64,000 bases of DNA from NCBI GenBank assembly GCA_964455555.1, contig CAYVXV010000002.1, forward strand, positions 3,136 through 67,135. Direction: 5' to 3'. This DNA is from an uncultured Pseudomonadales bacterium (GTDB lineage: Bacteria; Patescibacteriota; Microgenomatia; UBA1400; PJMF01). Shown piece by piece: positions 19,444 to 30,748 of this stretch (positions are counted from its first letter, which is position 1; each line of letters starts with the position of its first letter). The translations under genes and the position numbers were made by a program. The notes below the pieces were generated by a model, which saw only the letters and a list, made by a program, of their open reading frames with translations, did not search any database and was not told where the DNA came from.

Positions 19444-19471
19444 ATTATAAGTCGGAAAAGGTTCTAGTCAA
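19444..19471 (-). promoter_or_regulatory. Sigma70 promoter TTGACT-N16-TATAAT
   Basis: Near-consensus -35 and -10 elements directly upstream of the uORF. Confidence 0.75.
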
Positions 19472-19568
19472 GGCGATATTGGTCAGGTTGGTAGTTGAAA
19501 AATTTGTAAAAATATTTTTAGCTATATATCTGGCGGAAATAATAGTAGAATACTAATAGAATTACAAA

Positions 19569-19761
19569 GCCTATGCCCGGGTGACGCCGGGCAGTCCGCA
19601 ATGCGGCATGGCTTCCGGGGTAGCAACCGGAACGGGTAAGCCCGTAAAAGCTGGAACGAGATACGCTGCTTTTTAAACAATGTCAGCGCAATAGAGGTGG
19701 CACCGCTTTCACCAGAGAGCCCTCTTACTATCATCTTTTAGGTGGTAGCAAGAGGGTTTTT
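19569..19761 (+). ncRNA. T-box riboswitch (Asp, GAC specifier), ultrashort Stem I, transcriptional terminator
   Basis: AGAGG-TGGCACC-GC antiterminator at 19693-19706 pairing with GC-CCTCT; GAC in the apical loop of CCGG-GTGACG-CCGG; terminator at 19720-19761; lies upstream of aspS. Confidence 0.9.
19720..19761 (+). terminator. T-box terminator hairpin
   Basis: CCCTCTTACTATCATCT-TTT-AGGTGGTAGCAAGAGGG followed by TTTTT. Confidence 0.85.
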
Positions 19762-19867
19762 AATTATTATAAGAGTAAATATTGTACTCAAATACAATTC
19801 TGGTGCAAACTTGTGAAATGTTGTGAAAATATTCGTGAAATATAAGAAATAATTATTAAAGGGTAAT

Positions 19868-21295
19868 ATGCAGGCAGAAAAAACTACCAAAACAATAAGA
19901 ACAATGATTTCTGAAACCAGCCGGTTGGCTGGCCAGACAGTTCTTCTTGAGGGCTGGGTTGAAACAAAGCGCGATCACGGCAAGCTCACCTTCATCGACT
20001 TGAGGGATAGGACTGGCATCGTCCAAATTGTCGGTTATCAAAAGATGGGTGAATTGACAACAGAATCGGTGATTAGAGTACATGGAGAAGTTAGAACCAG
20101 GCCGGAAAGAATGGTAAATCCCAACCTTCCGACAGGCACTGTAGAGATTGACGTTCAAGAATATGAGGCACTGAACACTGCCAAGGAGCTGCCTATTCCA
20201 ATTGATGACGATGGCTATGCAATTAATGAGGAAATGCGCTTAAAACACCGTTACCTAGACCTTCGCAGAGAAAGAATGAGAAAGAATCTGCGGCTTCGGT
20301 CAGAATACACCATGGCGCTTCGTGAACAGCTTGATGCAGAAAATTTTATCGAAGTGGAAACACCTATGCTGACAAAATCAACTAAGGAGGGATCCAGGGA
20401 CTTTGTGGTACCGTCCCGCCTTCAGCCAGGAAAGTTTTATGCACTGCCTCAGAGCCCGCAGCAATATAAGCAGCTGCTGATGACCGCAGGAGTCGAGCGC
20501 TATTTTCAATTTGCCCGTTGCATTAGGGATGAAGACCTAAGGGCAGACAGAGGTTTTGAGCATACTCAAATTGATTTGGAAATGAGCTTTGCCTCTAGGG
20601 AAGAAGTGATGGACTCAGTAGAAAAAATGGTGGTTGGGTCAATTAAAGCTGTTGGCGGCAGGCTTAAAGACGAAACCTTTCCGGTTTTTACCTATGCTGA
20701 AGCCATGGAAAAATTCGGGGCTGATAAATTTGATTTAAGAACCGAGGATGAAAAAGCAGGGGGCATCTTGTCTTTTGCTTGGGTTGTAGACTTTCCATTC
20801 TTTAAAGAAGTTGATAGAGACGACGCTGCAGAGGTTCAAGACAGTAAAAGCGGTTGGACCTTTACCCACAATCCATTCAGTATGCCGAAGCCTGAGTTTG
20901 TGGACCAGCATTTGGCTGGAAACAATATTGCCGAAATTCTAACCAGTCAGTACGACCTTGTTTGCAACGGTTTTGAGGCTGGTGGGGGCAGTATCCGCGC
21001 TCATAAACCGGAGATTCTTGAGGCTACTTTTAAAATTATGGGTTACTCTGAAGCAGAGATTAAAGAGAGCATTGGGCATATGCTGGAGGCTTTTGAGGTC
21101 GGCACTCCTCCTCATGGTGGCATAGCCCTGGGTCTGGACAGGTTGATTATGGTTTTGACCGGCGAGAGGTCGCTAAAGGAAGTTGTAGCTTTCCCGATGA
21201 GTTCTTCCGGGCGTACAGCAGTTATGGATGCACCGGGACCTGTTTCTCAAGAACAGCTTCAAGAACTGAGCCTTAAGATTGTCGAAAAAAGCTAG
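19868..21295 (+). CDS. aspS: Aspartate-tRNA ligase (short form lacking GAD insert, possibly non-discriminating)
   Basis: RDHGKLTFIDLRD, RYLDLR, ALPQSPQ, RDEDLRADR, PPHGGIALGLDR. Confidence 0.96.
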   Translation: MQAEKTTKTIRTMISETSRLAGQTVLLEGWVETKRDHGKLTFIDLRDRTGIVQIVGYQKMGELTTESVIRVHGEVRTRPERMVNPNLPTGTVEIDVQEYEALNTAKELPIPIDDDGYAINEEMRLKHRYLDLRRERMRKNLRLRSEYTMALREQLDAENFIEVETPMLTKSTKEGSRDFVVPSRLQPGKFYALPQSPQQYKQLLMTAGVERYFQFARCIRDEDLRADRGFEHTQIDLEMSFASREEVMDSVEKMVVGSIKAVGGRLKDETFPVFTYAEAMEKFGADKFDLRTEDEKAGGILSFAWVVDFPFFKEVDRDDAAEVQDSKSGWTFTHNPFSMPKPEFVDQHLAGNNIAEILTSQYDLVCNGFEAGGGSIRAHKPEILEATFKIMGYSEAEIKESIGHMLEAFEVGTPPHGGIALGLDRLIMVLTGERSLKEVVAFPMSSSGRTAVMDAPGPVSQEQLQELSLKIVEKS

Positions 21296-21357
21296 TGTAA
21301 GCCAAAGTAGGTTGACAAACCAATGAACTAGACTGTAATTCAGTGTAGAATAATACA

Positions 21358-22497
21358 GTGTTGACTACCCGCCTTAAAACTACTGATCTTGGCAAAACAG
21401 ACAGACTTCATCAGCTTAAGATTCTTAAAGCTAAAAAGTATCTTTCCCGCCGTTTTATCGTTATTAAGCAGGATAGGTTTAGTAGACTACGTATCGACCA
21501 GATTGTGAGTGTGGCATCAATTGCCATTGTTTTGATTGCGTATGGCAGCATTATGGGTGAGACGGAGAAGTCACCAATCATTTTTCCATTAACCTCTGAG
21601 GTTTTCTCTGTACCCACTCATCAGGTTCCGATCCATCGCTCGCAGGCGGGAGAACTATTAATTGCCTCAGAAGAACTGGAACCGGCAAGCGGGTCTGCAC
21701 AATCCTATTTGAGAGAGTCTTTGTATAACCAATTAGAGCAAGATCAAAATCTATTAACCGCCAGCGCAGCTGCGTTAATAGACCTGGGTTCACAAGCAAT
21801 CTTGTACGAAAAGAATATCTCTGACCGTCTGTTGCCCGCTTCAACCACCAAATTAATGACCGCAATTGTAGCCAGAGAACTTTTTTCTCTTGACGATCTT
21901 GTCTTTATTGAGGCTACAACACCAAGGGAAAATGAAACAGTCATTTTCTATCAAGGTGAGGCCTTAACTGTTGATGATTTGCTTAAAGCTATGTTAATCC
22001 AATCCAGCAATAAAGCTGCATTATTGCTTACCGAACTCCATCCGCAAGGGCATGAGGGTTTTCTGTCAGCAATGAATGAGAAAGCCAGGGAATACAGACT
22101 GGAGGATACAAATTTTGAAAATGTTGTTGGCTACGACAGTTTAGGACAGGTTTCATCAGCTCATGACCTGGTAGAACTTAGTAGAATTTTTATGTCTGAT
22201 CCTATTTTAAGAGAAATAGTAGGCCTTAAAAGCACTGTTATCAACAAATCGGAAAACTATAGCCATCAGCTCTACACCACTCATTACCTATTGGCTAGAA
22301 ACCCGTTTGTAGTTGGTATTAAAACCGGAACTACTTTGGGCGCCGGCGAAGTTCTGATTACTCAGATTGAGCGCGATGAAAAAAAACTGCTGGTAATCCT
22401 ACTTGGCAGCAAGGACCGCTACAATGAAACGGAGTTGCTGATTAATTGGGCTCTCGATAGATTTGTCTGGCTTACAATTGATGATTTAGAAAGCTAG
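21358..22497 (+). CDS. D-alanyl-D-alanine carboxypeptidase (peptidase S11)
   Basis: SxxK (PASTTKLMTA), SxN (SSN) and KTG motifs; N-terminal TM. Confidence 0.92.
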   Translation: MLTTRLKTTDLGKTDRLHQLKILKAKKYLSRRFIVIKQDRFSRLRIDQIVSVASIAIVLIAYGSIMGETEKSPIIFPLTSEVFSVPTHQVPIHRSQAGELLIASEELEPASGSAQSYLRESLYNQLEQDQNLLTASAAALIDLGSQAILYEKNISDRLLPASTTKLMTAIVARELFSLDDLVFIEATTPRENETVIFYQGEALTVDDLLKAMLIQSSNKAALLLTELHPQGHEGFLSAMNEKAREYRLEDTNFENVVGYDSLGQVSSAHDLVELSRIFMSDPILREIVGLKSTVINKSENYSHQLYTTHYLLARNPFVVGIKTGTTLGAGEVLITQIERDEKKLLVILLGSKDRYNETELLINWALDRFVWLTIDDLES

Positions 22498-22558
22498 GTG
22501 TTATACTCAGACTATTGTTAAGGAGCCAGCCCGCATTATTAATTAATTCTGTCTGTAT

Positions 22559-23851
22559 ATGAATGTAACTGTAATTGGCACGGGGTTTGTGGGGGTTGTT
22601 ACCGCTGCTGTATTAGCCTCTTTTAAAAACAAAGTAATCGGTCTTGATATTGATGAGAATAAAGTGGCTGCGCTCCGCCAGGGAAAAGTGCCATTTTATG
22701 AACCAGAGCTTGAAGAGTTGCTGCTCTCTGAACAAGACAAGGGTTTTCTTTCATTTACTACAGATTATCAGTCAGCTATCAAGGATACAGAAGTCATACT
22801 AATAGCGGTGGGCACACCTTCAACCTCTGAAGGCAAAGCTGATATGAGCTATGTATTTTCTGCCTGTGAGTCTCTGGCTCCACATCTTAAAGATGATGCA
22901 ATTGTGGTTGTAAAATCCACTGTGCCTCCAGGAACTCTTGAAAAAGTCAAAGAAATTATTTCTCAAAAATCAGATAAGTCTTTTAAACTGGCTTCAGTGC
23001 CTGAGTTTCTCAGGGAGGGGCATGCGGTTAGTGATACCTTGCGCCCAAATCGGGTAGTCATAGGTGCTAGTGAGGAAGATGTTTTTACCAAACTTGAGGA
23101 GCTGCACGCTCCTTTTAAGGCTCCGGTGGTCAGGGTTTCGCCGGAGTCGGCGCAATTGGCTAAATATGCTGCCAACGCCTATCTGGCAATGCGGATTACT
23201 TTTATTAATCAAATCTCAGATCTATGTGAGCAAAATGGAGCTGTTGTTGATGATATCGTTGAAGCAATAGGATATGACGAAAGAATTGGCAGCCATTATT
23301 GGTATCCTGGATTCGGTTATGGAGGATCCTGTTTCCCCAAAGATGTCCGTGAGCTTGCTTATTATTCAAGAACCATTGGTTTGGGTGATAATTTGTTTAA
23401 CAAAATTCATGAGTTAAACGAACTTCGCATCCCTGCCCTAATGAACCAGATTGAAAGTGCGGTCGGAGGCTGGCAGGGCAAAAAAGCAGCTGTTTTAGGG
23501 TTGGCCTTCAAACCAAATACAGATGACATGCGTGAGGCACCCAGTATTAAGGTTGTGCCTGAACTGATTAATGCCGGTGCTGAAGTTGCAGGCTACGACC
23601 CAAAGGCGCTGGATAACGCAAAACACTACTTTTCGAAGCTAGAAAACATCAGGTTATTTGACCGGGTAGATGATGCATTGGAGGAAGCAGATATTATATT
23701 CGCTCTGGTTGAATGGCCCGAGATCGTGAAACATGAGTTTTCACAAGCAAAGATAGCAGGTAAAGATCAGTGGTTTGTGGATGCCCGCAATCAATTTAAC
23801 AAGGAAGAGATAGAAAAAATCGGCTATAAATATATTGGCATTGGAAGATAA
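22559..23851 (+). CDS. ugd: UDP-glucose 6-dehydrogenase
   Basis: GTGFVG, AVGTP, KSTVPPG, PEFLREG, GYGGSCFPKD, FKPNTDDMRE. Confidence 0.95.
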   Translation: MNVTVIGTGFVGVVTAAVLASFKNKVIGLDIDENKVAALRQGKVPFYEPELEELLLSEQDKGFLSFTTDYQSAIKDTEVILIAVGTPSTSEGKADMSYVFSACESLAPHLKDDAIVVVKSTVPPGTLEKVKEIISQKSDKSFKLASVPEFLREGHAVSDTLRPNRVVIGASEEDVFTKLEELHAPFKAPVVRVSPESAQLAKYAANAYLAMRITFINQISDLCEQNGAVVDDIVEAIGYDERIGSHYWYPGFGYGGSCFPKDVRELAYYSRTIGLGDNLFNKIHELNELRIPALMNQIESAVGGWQGKKAAVLGLAFKPNTDDMREAPSIKVVPELINAGAEVAGYDPKALDNAKHYFSKLENIRLFDRVDDALEEADIIFALVEWPEIVKHEFSQAKIAGKDQWFVDARNQFNKEEIEKIGYKYIGIGR

Positions 23852-23854
23852 ATT

Positions 23855-24829
23855 ATGGAAGCAAATAATAATCTTAAAATTTTAGTCACAGGCGGAACAG
23901 GCTTTGCAGGAACTCACCTAATTTATGAGCTCAAGCAGCAGGGGTACACAAACATTCACAGCACCTCATATGGCTTACTGCCGGAAAATTTAACAGAGCT
24001 TCTGCCTGAAGAGAATTTTCACAAGCTGGACCTTACCAATGCAGAGGCAACTGAACAGCTAATTAAAGACCTAAAACCAAATCATATTTATCATCTGGCA
24101 TCCTTCGCCTTTGTTGGCGAGAGTTTTGCCAGGGCTCACGAGGTATTTGGCAACAACATCAATCTTCAGGTAAACATTCTGGAGGCCGTGAGAAAATACT
24201 CGCCGGAATCAAGGATATTAATCATCGGTTCTGGTGAGGAGTATGGTGTAAGTGAGAGCGATGATGAGCTTCCTATAAAAGAAGATCATCCGCTTCGCCC
24301 GGTCAATCCTTACGCAGTTTCTAAGGTAACACAAGATTTATTAGCATACTCATACAGTATTTCTTTTGGATTGCAGGTTCTTAGGGTTAGGCCGTTTAAT
24401 CATATTGGTGAAGGCCAGTCGACAGACTTTGTTGTGCCGGCATTTGTCAGCCAAATTGTTGCCATAGAGAACGGTAGGCAAGAAGAGCTAAAAGCTGGTA
24501 GCCTTGAGGCAGCCAGAGACTTCTCTGATGTGAAGGATGTGGTTAAGGCTTACATTAGAGTTATGGAGAAGGGCAAAGTGAATGAGGTTTATAACATCGG
24601 CAGCGGGACAGGAATAAAGCTATCCGATCTATTTGAGATGATGAAAAGCATGACTGACGTCCCAGTCTCGGTTCAACAAGACAAAACTAGGATGCGCCCT
24701 CTGGACGTTCCGGTCATTATTGCTGATATCAGCAAGATCAGCCAGTTAGGTTGGTCGCCTGACATCCCCTTAGAGAAAACATTAGAACGCATATTTGCTT
24801 GGTATCGAGCTCAAGCAGACAATTTGTAG
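23855..24829 (+). CDS. rmd: GDP-4-keto-6-deoxy-D-mannose reductase-like extended SDR (Rmd-like)
   Basis: GGTGFAG, GSGEEYG, YAVSK, RPFNHIG, RDFSDV; adjacent to gmd. Confidence 0.75.
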   Translation: MEANNNLKILVTGGTGFAGTHLIYELKQQGYTNIHSTSYGLLPENLTELLPEENFHKLDLTNAEATEQLIKDLKPNHIYHLASFAFVGESFARAHEVFGNNINLQVNILEAVRKYSPESRILIIGSGEEYGVSESDDELPIKEDHPLRPVNPYAVSKVTQDLLAYSYSISFGLQVLRVRPFNHIGEGQSTDFVVPAFVSQIVAIENGRQEELKAGSLEAARDFSDVKDVVKAYIRVMEKGKVNEVYNIGSGTGIKLSDLFEMMKSMTDVPVSVQQDKTRMRPLDVPVIIADISKISQLGWSPDIPLEKTLERIFAWYRAQADNL

Positions 24830-24837
24830 TAATATAG

Positions 24838-27029
<2,192 letters not shown>

Positions 27030-27054
27030 TCCGTCTGGGAATAATAATTTAAAT

Positions 27055-28626
27055 ATGCCTGCATTGTTCAAGAAAGTGACCAGGAAAATAAAAGGTTTCA
27101 GCAAGGCTGATTGGCTGGCTTTAGCGTTAGTAATTGTTGCAGCCGCCCTAAGGTTTTACAACCTCGAAAATTCTCAGCAGTTCTTGGGGGATCAGGGAAG
27201 AGATTCCTTGGTAGTGTCAAGAATATTTACTGAAAGAGACCCTGTTCTGATTGGGCCGGTAACCAGCATAGGCAATATGTACTTAGGGCCCTTTTACTAT
27301 TATTTCATGCTGCCGACTCTTTGGCTCTCCTACCCAAGCCCCATGGGGCCAATTTATGCTATGGCTTTAGTCGGTTCTTTCACGGTTGGCCTGATTTATT
27401 TGTTGGGAAAGCGGATGCTTGGCACGAGAGCAGCATTGTTTGCCACAGCCTTTCTAACCTTATCAAGTTTGGCAATCACTTTTACGCGTTTTAGCTGGAA
27501 TCCAAATCCGGCCCCATTGTTTAGCTTACTTCTTGTGTTTTTTACCTACAAAGCCTGGAAGGACAATCACCGCTATTGGATAGCAGCAGCAGCCTCAATG
27601 AGTATCTTGATGCAGCTTCACTACGTGACACTCTTGGCATTTGGCGGATTTGGTGTGATCTGGCTGTTGAACTTGAGGGAAATTATTAGTAAAAAAAATC
27701 AATTGGCAGCCTTTGTTAAAAGCACTCTGTTGGCAGCTGGAGTGCTGCTTTTATCTTTAACGCCTCAATTATTATTTGATATAAGGCATGATTGGCTTAA
27801 CCTTAATGCCTTTAAAAACATGTTTGTTAAAGAGGATGCCTTTCAGGCTTCTAGCAGCCCGGGCTTGTTAAACCGAATGACAGACCTTCTATTGAGTTTT
27901 CGCAGCCGGGCTTCTTTGTTGTTTGTTAAGGTCGGCTTTCGGGTAGATATTGCTTGGAGATTCTGGCTGATCGTTGCCAGTGGTTTGTTTGCAATTTTCA
28001 TATGGGTTGACAATAAAGCTATAAAAAATTCCACCAAAGACAAAAAAGCTTTTATTACACTTGTGTCGTACATTTTGTTTTCCATCATTGGCTTATCCTT
28101 ATATGCGCAGCCAATTTATGAGCACTATGTTTTGTTTATTCTTCCAGTTACCTTTTTATTGTATGGCTGGTTGTTAGACAAGCTGGCGCTCCGCTTTGCT
28201 AAAACAGGCGCGATAGTTGCAGCCGTTAGTATGAGTGCCTTTATTTTTTACAATTTTCAGTTCATGCCACTCCAGGATGCTGGTTGGAAAATCAGCGACA
28301 TAGAAAGAACAGCAACAGAGATTAATAAACGAGTAATTCCAGGAGAGAAATACAATATTGTATTACTTGCAGAATCGAGGGACCTCTATGGTCAGAACTA
28401 CAGATACTTTTTAAGCACTTATCATGGGAGCAAGCCCGTGGATCCGGAGCGCGAGGTAGAGGTGGAAACCCTATTTATCATAAATGAGGAGAGGAAAGTT
28501 GAAGATGTTACAGAGCTGCCTATATATCAGATTCAAATCTTTCCTAATAAAGAACCCGTTGAGGTGTTTTCAATACCCGATGGTCCTGAGATTACATTAT
28601 TAAGAAGCAGTTCTCAAACAGAATGA
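27055..28626 (+). CDS. GT-C (ArnT/PMT-like) multi-TM glycosyltransferase
   Basis: GDQGRD, GPFYYY, RFSWNPN, QLHY; many TM helices; probable ATG at 27055. Confidence 0.85.
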   Translation: MPALFKKVTRKIKGFSKADWLALALVIVAAALRFYNLENSQQFLGDQGRDSLVVSRIFTERDPVLIGPVTSIGNMYLGPFYYYFMLPTLWLSYPSPMGPIYAMALVGSFTVGLIYLLGKRMLGTRAALFATAFLTLSSLAITFTRFSWNPNPAPLFSLLLVFFTYKAWKDNHRYWIAAAASMSILMQLHYVTLLAFGGFGVIWLLNLREIISKKNQLAAFVKSTLLAAGVLLLSLTPQLLFDIRHDWLNLNAFKNMFVKEDAFQASSSPGLLNRMTDLLLSFRSRASLLFVKVGFRVDIAWRFWLIVASGLFAIFIWVDNKAIKNSTKDKKAFITLVSYILFSIIGLSLYAQPIYEHYVLFILPVTFLLYGWLLDKLALRFAKTGAIVAAVSMSAFIFYNFQFMPLQDAGWKISDIERTATEINKRVIPGEKYNIVLLAESRDLYGQNYRYFLSTYHGSKPVDPEREVEVETLFIINEERKVEDVTELPIYQIQIFPNKEPVEVFSIPDGPEITLLRSSSQTE

Positions 28627-28666
28627 AAAGTTGGCGCTGCCGGTTATTAAGTGTATGATAACTACC

Positions 28667-29419
28667 ATGAAGCCCTATTTGTCTGTTGTCGTCCCATCCT
28701 ACAACGAAAAAACCAACCTGAAGAGAGGTGTGCTTGAGGAAATGATCGGATACCTCAACCAGCAGAGCTATTCTTGGGAAGTGATACTCAGCGATGACGG
28801 CTCTACAGATGGAACAGTGAAACAACTTAGAGATTTTGCCGGCAAACATGAAAAAGTGACAGTTTTGGAAAACGTGCATGCTGGAAAGGCACCAACCGTG
28901 AGTGCCGGAATGCTTAAGGCTACAGGAGAATGGCGGCTTTTCACTGATTTTGATCAGTCAACACCAATCAGTGAGGTGAAAAAACTTCTAGAGTATGTTG
29001 GCAGAGGTCCGGAAGTTGTAATCGGCTCAAGAGAAATGGTTGGTGCCCTCAGGGATAAAGAGCCCTTTCACAGGCACCTAATGGGAAGGGGCTTTAATAT
29101 TTTGGTTCAAATATTAGCTTTGCCAGGGATTCTTGATACTCAATGCGGCTTTAAGCTTTTTTCAGATAAAGCTGCAACAACTTTATTTCCAAAACTTTTT
29201 GTCTACGGAGGCCAGACCGAGCGCCGCGATGCTTTTACTGGTGCTTTTGATGTGGAGTTATTATTTCTAGCAAAGAAATTTGGTTTTCAAATCAGAGAAG
29301 TGCCAATTTTATGGAAGCACAACGCATCGGATAGAGTCAGCCCTGTAAAGGATTCGCTTAGAATGCTTAGGGATATCCTAAAAATCAGGGTCTCAGATCT
29401 TAGGGGCAAGTACAATTAA
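28667..29419 (+). CDS. GT2 polyprenyl-phosphate glucose synthase-like (ALG5/DPG type)
   Basis: PSYNE, DDGSTD, FTDFDQSTP, DTQCGFK, FDVE; ATG 7 nt after TATGAT. Confidence 0.9.
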   Translation: MKPYLSVVVPSYNEKTNLKRGVLEEMIGYLNQQSYSWEVILSDDGSTDGTVKQLRDFAGKHEKVTVLENVHAGKAPTVSAGMLKATGEWRLFTDFDQSTPISEVKKLLEYVGRGPEVVIGSREMVGALRDKEPFHRHLMGRGFNILVQILALPGILDTQCGFKLFSDKAATTLFPKLFVYGGQTERRDAFTGAFDVELLFLAKKFGFQIREVPILWKHNASDRVSPVKDSLRMLRDILKIRVSDLRGKYN

Positions 29420-29422
29420 GCT

Positions 29423-30736
29423 ATGATTATTCGGCGACTGCCTTTTTTGGCTGCCATATATTTCTTTGTATTATTTGCTTACTCAGTTTTTACCTACACA
29501 TTTACAGATCCAAACTTAGTTCTCACTTCCTTTCAACCCTACTGGAATTTTCAAGTCTGGATGTGGCAGGTGTTTTACTCCAACCGCCCTCTGACATCTT
29601 TGGTTTATACAGGCCTGATTACAGCTTTGTTGGTCGCATATGTTCTTATTTATAAACAATTAAAGCTTCAAAAACCTAAAATAAGTTGGATGAGGCAAGT
29701 GGGTATAATGTTGCTCTTAATTTCTCCACTACTGATTTCCTACAACGCATTGTCGCATGATGTTTTTAATTACATCTTTAATGCCCGCATGGTTGTTGAG
29801 TACCAGCAAAATCCTCATGTAACTACAGCCCTGCAATTCCCAGACGACTTATGGACCAGGTTTATGCACAATACTCATACGGCTGCGCCTTATGGACAAG
29901 GTTGGACGGCTTTGTCATTAGCGCCGTATATTTTAGGAATGGGCAGATTTCTGCCCACCTGGTTATTGTTTAGAATATTCATGCTGGTCAGCTATGCAGC
30001 ACTGTTTTTCGCAGTGAGATATTTTCATCAGCTGCTATATCGGAAACCACTGCAGGCTGAAAAAGCAGCGCTGCTGTTTTTAAACCCTTTGTTTGCAATT
30101 GAGATTATCAGCAATATGCATAACGACCTATGGATGATGGTTCCCGCTGTCTTTGGCTTGGCTCTGATGGTGAAATACAACCTGGCAGAAGAAAAAGAGA
30201 TGGACAGGCGTCATCTGGCTATGGGAATAATATTAATACTTATTTCTATAGCAGTTAAACTGGTCACAGTTGTTTTGCTGCCTTTAGTATTAATATTATT
30301 GTTATTAGGGTTTCCAGCGAAAAATATCCAGAATAATTTGGTGCCAGCCGGTAGCCTAATTAACTTGGAGCTGATGATAGGCTCGTTTAAAAAGTGGTTG
30401 GTTCAATTTGTTCCGGCAGCTGCAGCATTTTTACTACTTATACCCTTATTTCTCGAGGGCTCAAAAAGGTTTCATCCTTGGTATCTAAGCTGGGCGTTTG
30501 TATTTCTGCCTTTGCTTATGTTTGCGCCCCTAAAACATATTTTGCTAATTTTCAGTTTCAGCTCACTTTTCAGATACTTGCCTTGGATATATCAAAATGG
30601 CTATACAAATGAAGTGTTAGTCAAACAGCAGCTAATTACCTGGCTTCCGGTAATTCTATATCTCATTATCCGGCTGGTAAATTTTAGTTCTAATCCCGGC
30701 CGTTATTTGCGTTCACTCGCGGGCAACAAACACTGA
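29423..30736 (+). CDS. GT-C glycosyltransferase (MptA/B or GT87-like)
   Basis: SHDVFNY, PYG, NPL, MHND, HPWY motifs; multi-TM. Confidence 0.8.
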   Translation: MIIRRLPFLAAIYFFVLFAYSVFTYTFTDPNLVLTSFQPYWNFQVWMWQVFYSNRPLTSLVYTGLITALLVAYVLIYKQLKLQKPKISWMRQVGIMLLLISPLLISYNALSHDVFNYIFNARMVVEYQQNPHVTTALQFPDDLWTRFMHNTHTAAPYGQGWTALSLAPYILGMGRFLPTWLLFRIFMLVSYAALFFAVRYFHQLLYRKPLQAEKAALLFLNPLFAIEIISNMHNDLWMMVPAVFGLALMVKYNLAEEKEMDRRHLAMGIILILISIAVKLVTVVLLPLVLILLLLGFPAKNIQNNLVPAGSLINLELMIGSFKKWLVQFVPAAAAFLLLIPLFLEGSKRFHPWYLSWAFVFLPLLMFAPLKHILLIFSFSSLFRYLPWIYQNGYTNEVLVKQQLITWLPVILYLIIRLVNFSSNPGRYLRSLAGNKH

Positions 30737-30748
30737 TACAATAATTTT

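Noticed and set aside
19522-19734. 70-aa minus-strand ORF
   Set aside because: It is antisense to the T-box, whose RNA structure explains the sequence; no protein motif
19811-19841. Three TTGTGAA-like words resembling a Rex operator
   Set aside because: They are direct repeats rather than the TTGTGAA-N4-TTCACAA palindrome, lie in an AT-rich UTR, and aspS is an unlikely Rex target
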